A stretch of 64,000 bases of DNA from the NCBI GenBank assembly GCA_051652765.1, contig JBOFUV010000115.1:1-64000 (forward strand). Reading direction: 5' to 3'. The notes under the pieces were generated by a model. It was not told the origin of the DNA and did no database searches. It saw nothing but the letters and a program-made list of their open reading frames with translations. Shown here one piece after another: positions 61,806 to 64,000 of this stretch (positions are counted from its first letter, which is position 1; each line of letters begins with the position of its first letter). The position numbers and the translations under genes are program-made. The DNA is from Microcoleaceae cyanobacterium (GTDB lineage: Bacteria; Cyanobacteriota; Cyanobacteriia; Cyanobacteriales; Microcoleaceae).

Positions 61806-62645
61806 GTGGATAAACGGTCAGTCAAAGTTGGTTCGTTAGAGTGGTTTTATCGTGAAGCAAATCCTGGTGAAACGGAAAAGTTACCTGTTGTTTTACTCCA
61901 TGGATTAGTTTCCCAAAGCTACAGTTGGGTTTTAATTATGGAGGAACTGGCCAGTCAGGGGTATCGAGCGATCGCCCCCGACTGGATTGGAGCGGGGTTT
62001 TCGGAAAAACCTGATAAACGAGACTTTAGTTATACTCCAGAGGCGTTCCTCTGTTCATTGACAGACTTATTGGCCACTTTAGAACTCAATAAATTTCATC
62101 TGGTTGTTCAGGGATTCTTGGGTTCCGTTGGACTCCAGTACACCCTCCGAAATCCCGAAAAAATTGAACGGTTAGTCATTCTCAATACGCCGATTTCCCC
62201 TCAGGCAAAATTGCCCTGGAAACTTCAGCAGTTGGGGTTGCCCCTAATAGGGGACATGATGACTCAAGATCCTCTGTTAGTGGATCGCACCTTGGAAGGG
62301 GGAAGTGGTTATGTGATTCCAGACCAGGATTTGGATGTGTACCGTCGTCCTTTTTTGAAAACATCAGCAACCGGGCGATCGCTGATGGCAACCCTGAAAA
62401 ACTTGCAACTCAAACAGGCGATGACAGAAATTTCTACAGGGTTTAAAACCTGGGAAAAGCCCACACTATTGATCTGGGGATTGGCAGATCCTTGGTTACC
62501 GTTTGAACCTGTTCAAGACTTTGCGAACTGTCTCAAACGTTCAGAGATCATAAAATTAGAAAAAGCCGGACATTATCCTCAAGATCACTGGGCAAAAGAA
62601 ATTAGTGAATCCATATCACTTTTTCTCCGAAAACAGATGGTTTAG
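61806..62645 (+). CDS. Alpha/beta-fold hydrolase (haloalkane dehalogenase-like)
   Basis: LLHG, APDWIGAGFS, IWGLADPWL, AGHYPQ. Confidence 0.85.
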   Translation: MDKRSVKVGSLEWFYREANPGETEKLPVVLLHGLVSQSYSWVLIMEELASQGYRAIAPDWIGAGFSEKPDKRDFSYTPEAFLCSLTDLLATLELNKFHLVVQGFLGSVGLQYTLRNPEKIERLVILNTPISPQAKLPWKLQQLGLPLIGDMMTQDPLLVDRTLEGGSGYVIPDQDLDVYRRPFLKTSATGRSLMATLKNLQLKQAMTEISTGFKTWEKPTLLIWGLADPWLPFEPVQDFANCLKRSEIIKLEKAGHYPQDHWAKEISESISLFLRKQMV

Positions 62646-62670
62646 AGAAGAAAATCTAGAGAAAATAGTC

Positions 62671-62787
62671 TATGGCAATCTCAAATGATTTGTGAGAAGG
62701 GGGCATTGCCTTGGCCACCCCCTTCTTGGGGACGAAGTCCCCAAACCCCTTTCTAAGATCTTTCAGGATTGATTTAGGATTGTTACA
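62671..62787 (-). mobile_element. ~117-bp MITE-like element, copy 2 (inverted relative to copy 1)
   Basis: Reverse complement TGTAACAATCCTAAATCAATCCTGAAAGATCTT...CCCCTTCTCACAAATCATTTGAGATTGCCATA aligns end to end with 37580-37695. Confidence 0.7.
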
Positions 62788-62878
62788 GAGAAGAATATAA
62801 GGGCAAGCTCACGTCGCCCCTGCGGGACAATTTAAACTTAAAGTCTGACAAAAATCATCCATAACAATCCTCAAAACC

Positions 62879-63052
62879 TTAATAAAACCGTGAACCCCCC
62901 TCACTTACTTTAGGAGGACGCGGGCTAGAAGAAGTATCTTCAGCAGTTAGTTTAGGATTGATTTTAACTGAGCCTTGGGGAATACGATAACAACCATTCA
63001 TTGACAGAATAGTGATTGTAACTGCGGCTAAAACACCCTTTAATTGAGCCAT
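62879..63052 (-). CDS. Small exported peptide / lipoprotein, 57 aa (below the ORF-track cutoff)
   Basis: Hand translation MAQLKGVLAAVTITILSMNGCYRIPQGSVKINPKLTAEDTSSSPRPPKVSEGGSRFY*; GAGG 7 nt before the ATG; signal-peptide-like N-terminus. Confidence 0.6.
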   Translation of the reverse strand: MAQLKGVLAAVTITILSMNGCYRIPQGSVKINPKLTAEDTSSSPRPPKVSEGGSRFY

Positions 63053-63137
63053 CTCAAATCCTCAACTCTAATATTAGATCAGAGAGATGGCTAGAATTTA
63101 TGAACTAAAGTGATAGCTTCGAAACCGAATCCTTAAT

Positions 63138-64000
63138 TCAGTCTCCTGCACTAATTGTTTTCATCACTTCAACAACCCGCTTAGAGATAAAGGGTAAAAG
63201 TTCTGTATTTTGACTCTGGGCTTTACCCTCTGTAAATACGGTAAGGAGATAGGGTCGTAAGCTCGGGATTTCAACATAGGCAATGTCGTGGCGCACTCGG
63301 CTCATATGTCCTGCTTTTGACCAAAGTTGAGCCGTCTGAGGCAATCCTTCCCCCAGGAATCCAACGACTTGGTTTTCTAGATCTTCTGCCAACTCTGCTG
63401 GATCAAGGCTACGCCTCATCAGCTTCATCATGGCCTGGGATGCCTGAGATGACACCGCAACCCCGCCTACAATACTGTGTAATAGACGAGCCGTTGCGTT
63501 CGTTGTCAGGATGTTGCGATTTTCCATCATTTCTCCCAAAAAGGCCCGCTCTCGCCCATAGGTTCCATCACACCAAGTTTTCTGGTTAACATTCACTCCC
63601 TTCAACTCAGGCCAATTCAGGGACTGAAAGTACCGATTCACTAAGTTCCGCTGAGCTTTCCAAGTTTCAAAAGGGCCAGGGGCAATGTCTGGGCCGCTAG
63701 TTGTTCCCGTGAGAATGTCTACCACTAAGCTAGTGGCATCATTGCTGGAGTCCACAATCATATCCCGTGTGGCTCGTTCAAGCTCTGGTGAAAGGCTGAC
63801 CATGCCCTTTTCCAACCATTCATGTAGGGCAACCAGATAGAAGAGCTTCACAACACTGGCTGGGTAGATCCGCTCAATGCCTCGATACGCAAACCCTCGC
63901 ACTGGATAACTCCAGAATTCTTCAGGGGTCAAGGCTCCACCTGTATTCACAGGAACAGGCGGGTCATAGACCAACCAAGTGAGCGCCAGTTGATCGGCTG
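63138..64000 (-). CDS. Serine hydrolase, class A beta-lactamase-like fold (5' end lies beyond the window)
   Basis: PASVVK (SxxK), SSND (SxN), SKAG (KTG-like); the frame stays open to the window edge. Confidence 0.85.
   Translation of the reverse strand, partial: ADQLALTWLVYDPPVPVNTGGALTPEEFWSYPVRGFAYRGIERIYPASVVKLFYLVALHEWLEKGMVSLSPELERATRDMIVDSSNDATSLVVDILTGTTSGPDIAPGPFETWKAQRNLVNRYFQSLNWPELKGVNVNQKTWCDGTYGRERAFLGEMMENRNILTTNATARLLHSIVGGVAVSSQASQAMMKLMRRSLDPAELAEDLENQVVGFLGEGLPQTAQLWSKAGHMSRVRHDIAYVEIPSLRPYLLTVFTEGKAQSQNTELLPFISKRVVEVMKTISAGD

Overview
Cyanobacterial chromosomal segment, judged from frequent HIP1 GCGATCGC sites and the genes petE, petJ, petC, petA, chlL, chlN, ndhM and an hli gene. 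Most of it is housekeeping: a MacAB-like efflux operon, a Co/Ni ECF transporter, gcvH/gcvP, hrcA, map, ispH, ald, murA, tRNA-Lys(UUU) and tRNA-Leu(CAA). The stand-out locus is 37.9-45.5 kb, between petE and chlL. It is a same-strand cluster of a sigma70/ECF-like factor, a DUF1822 protein, and three paralogous CHAT (caspase-HetF family) protease genes. Two of these are intact single-pass proteins with the His/Cys dyad on the N-terminal side of the membrane and different solute-binding domains on the other side (TPR + LivJ-like; PstS-like). The third is truncated before its active site. I infer a transmembrane receptor-protease -> anti-sigma -> sigma signalling system with swappable sensors. Other observations: an unannotated 57-aa exported peptide ending ...PRPPKVSEGGSRFY, two copies of a ~116-bp MITE-like element whose internal hairpin loop is flipped between copies, an Asp-rich repeat protein between chlL and chlN, a peptidase whose last codons lie inside tRNA-Leu, and many unrelated 12-17 bp tandem repeats in intergenic DNA. 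All family assignments come from motif recognition by eye; no database search was run.
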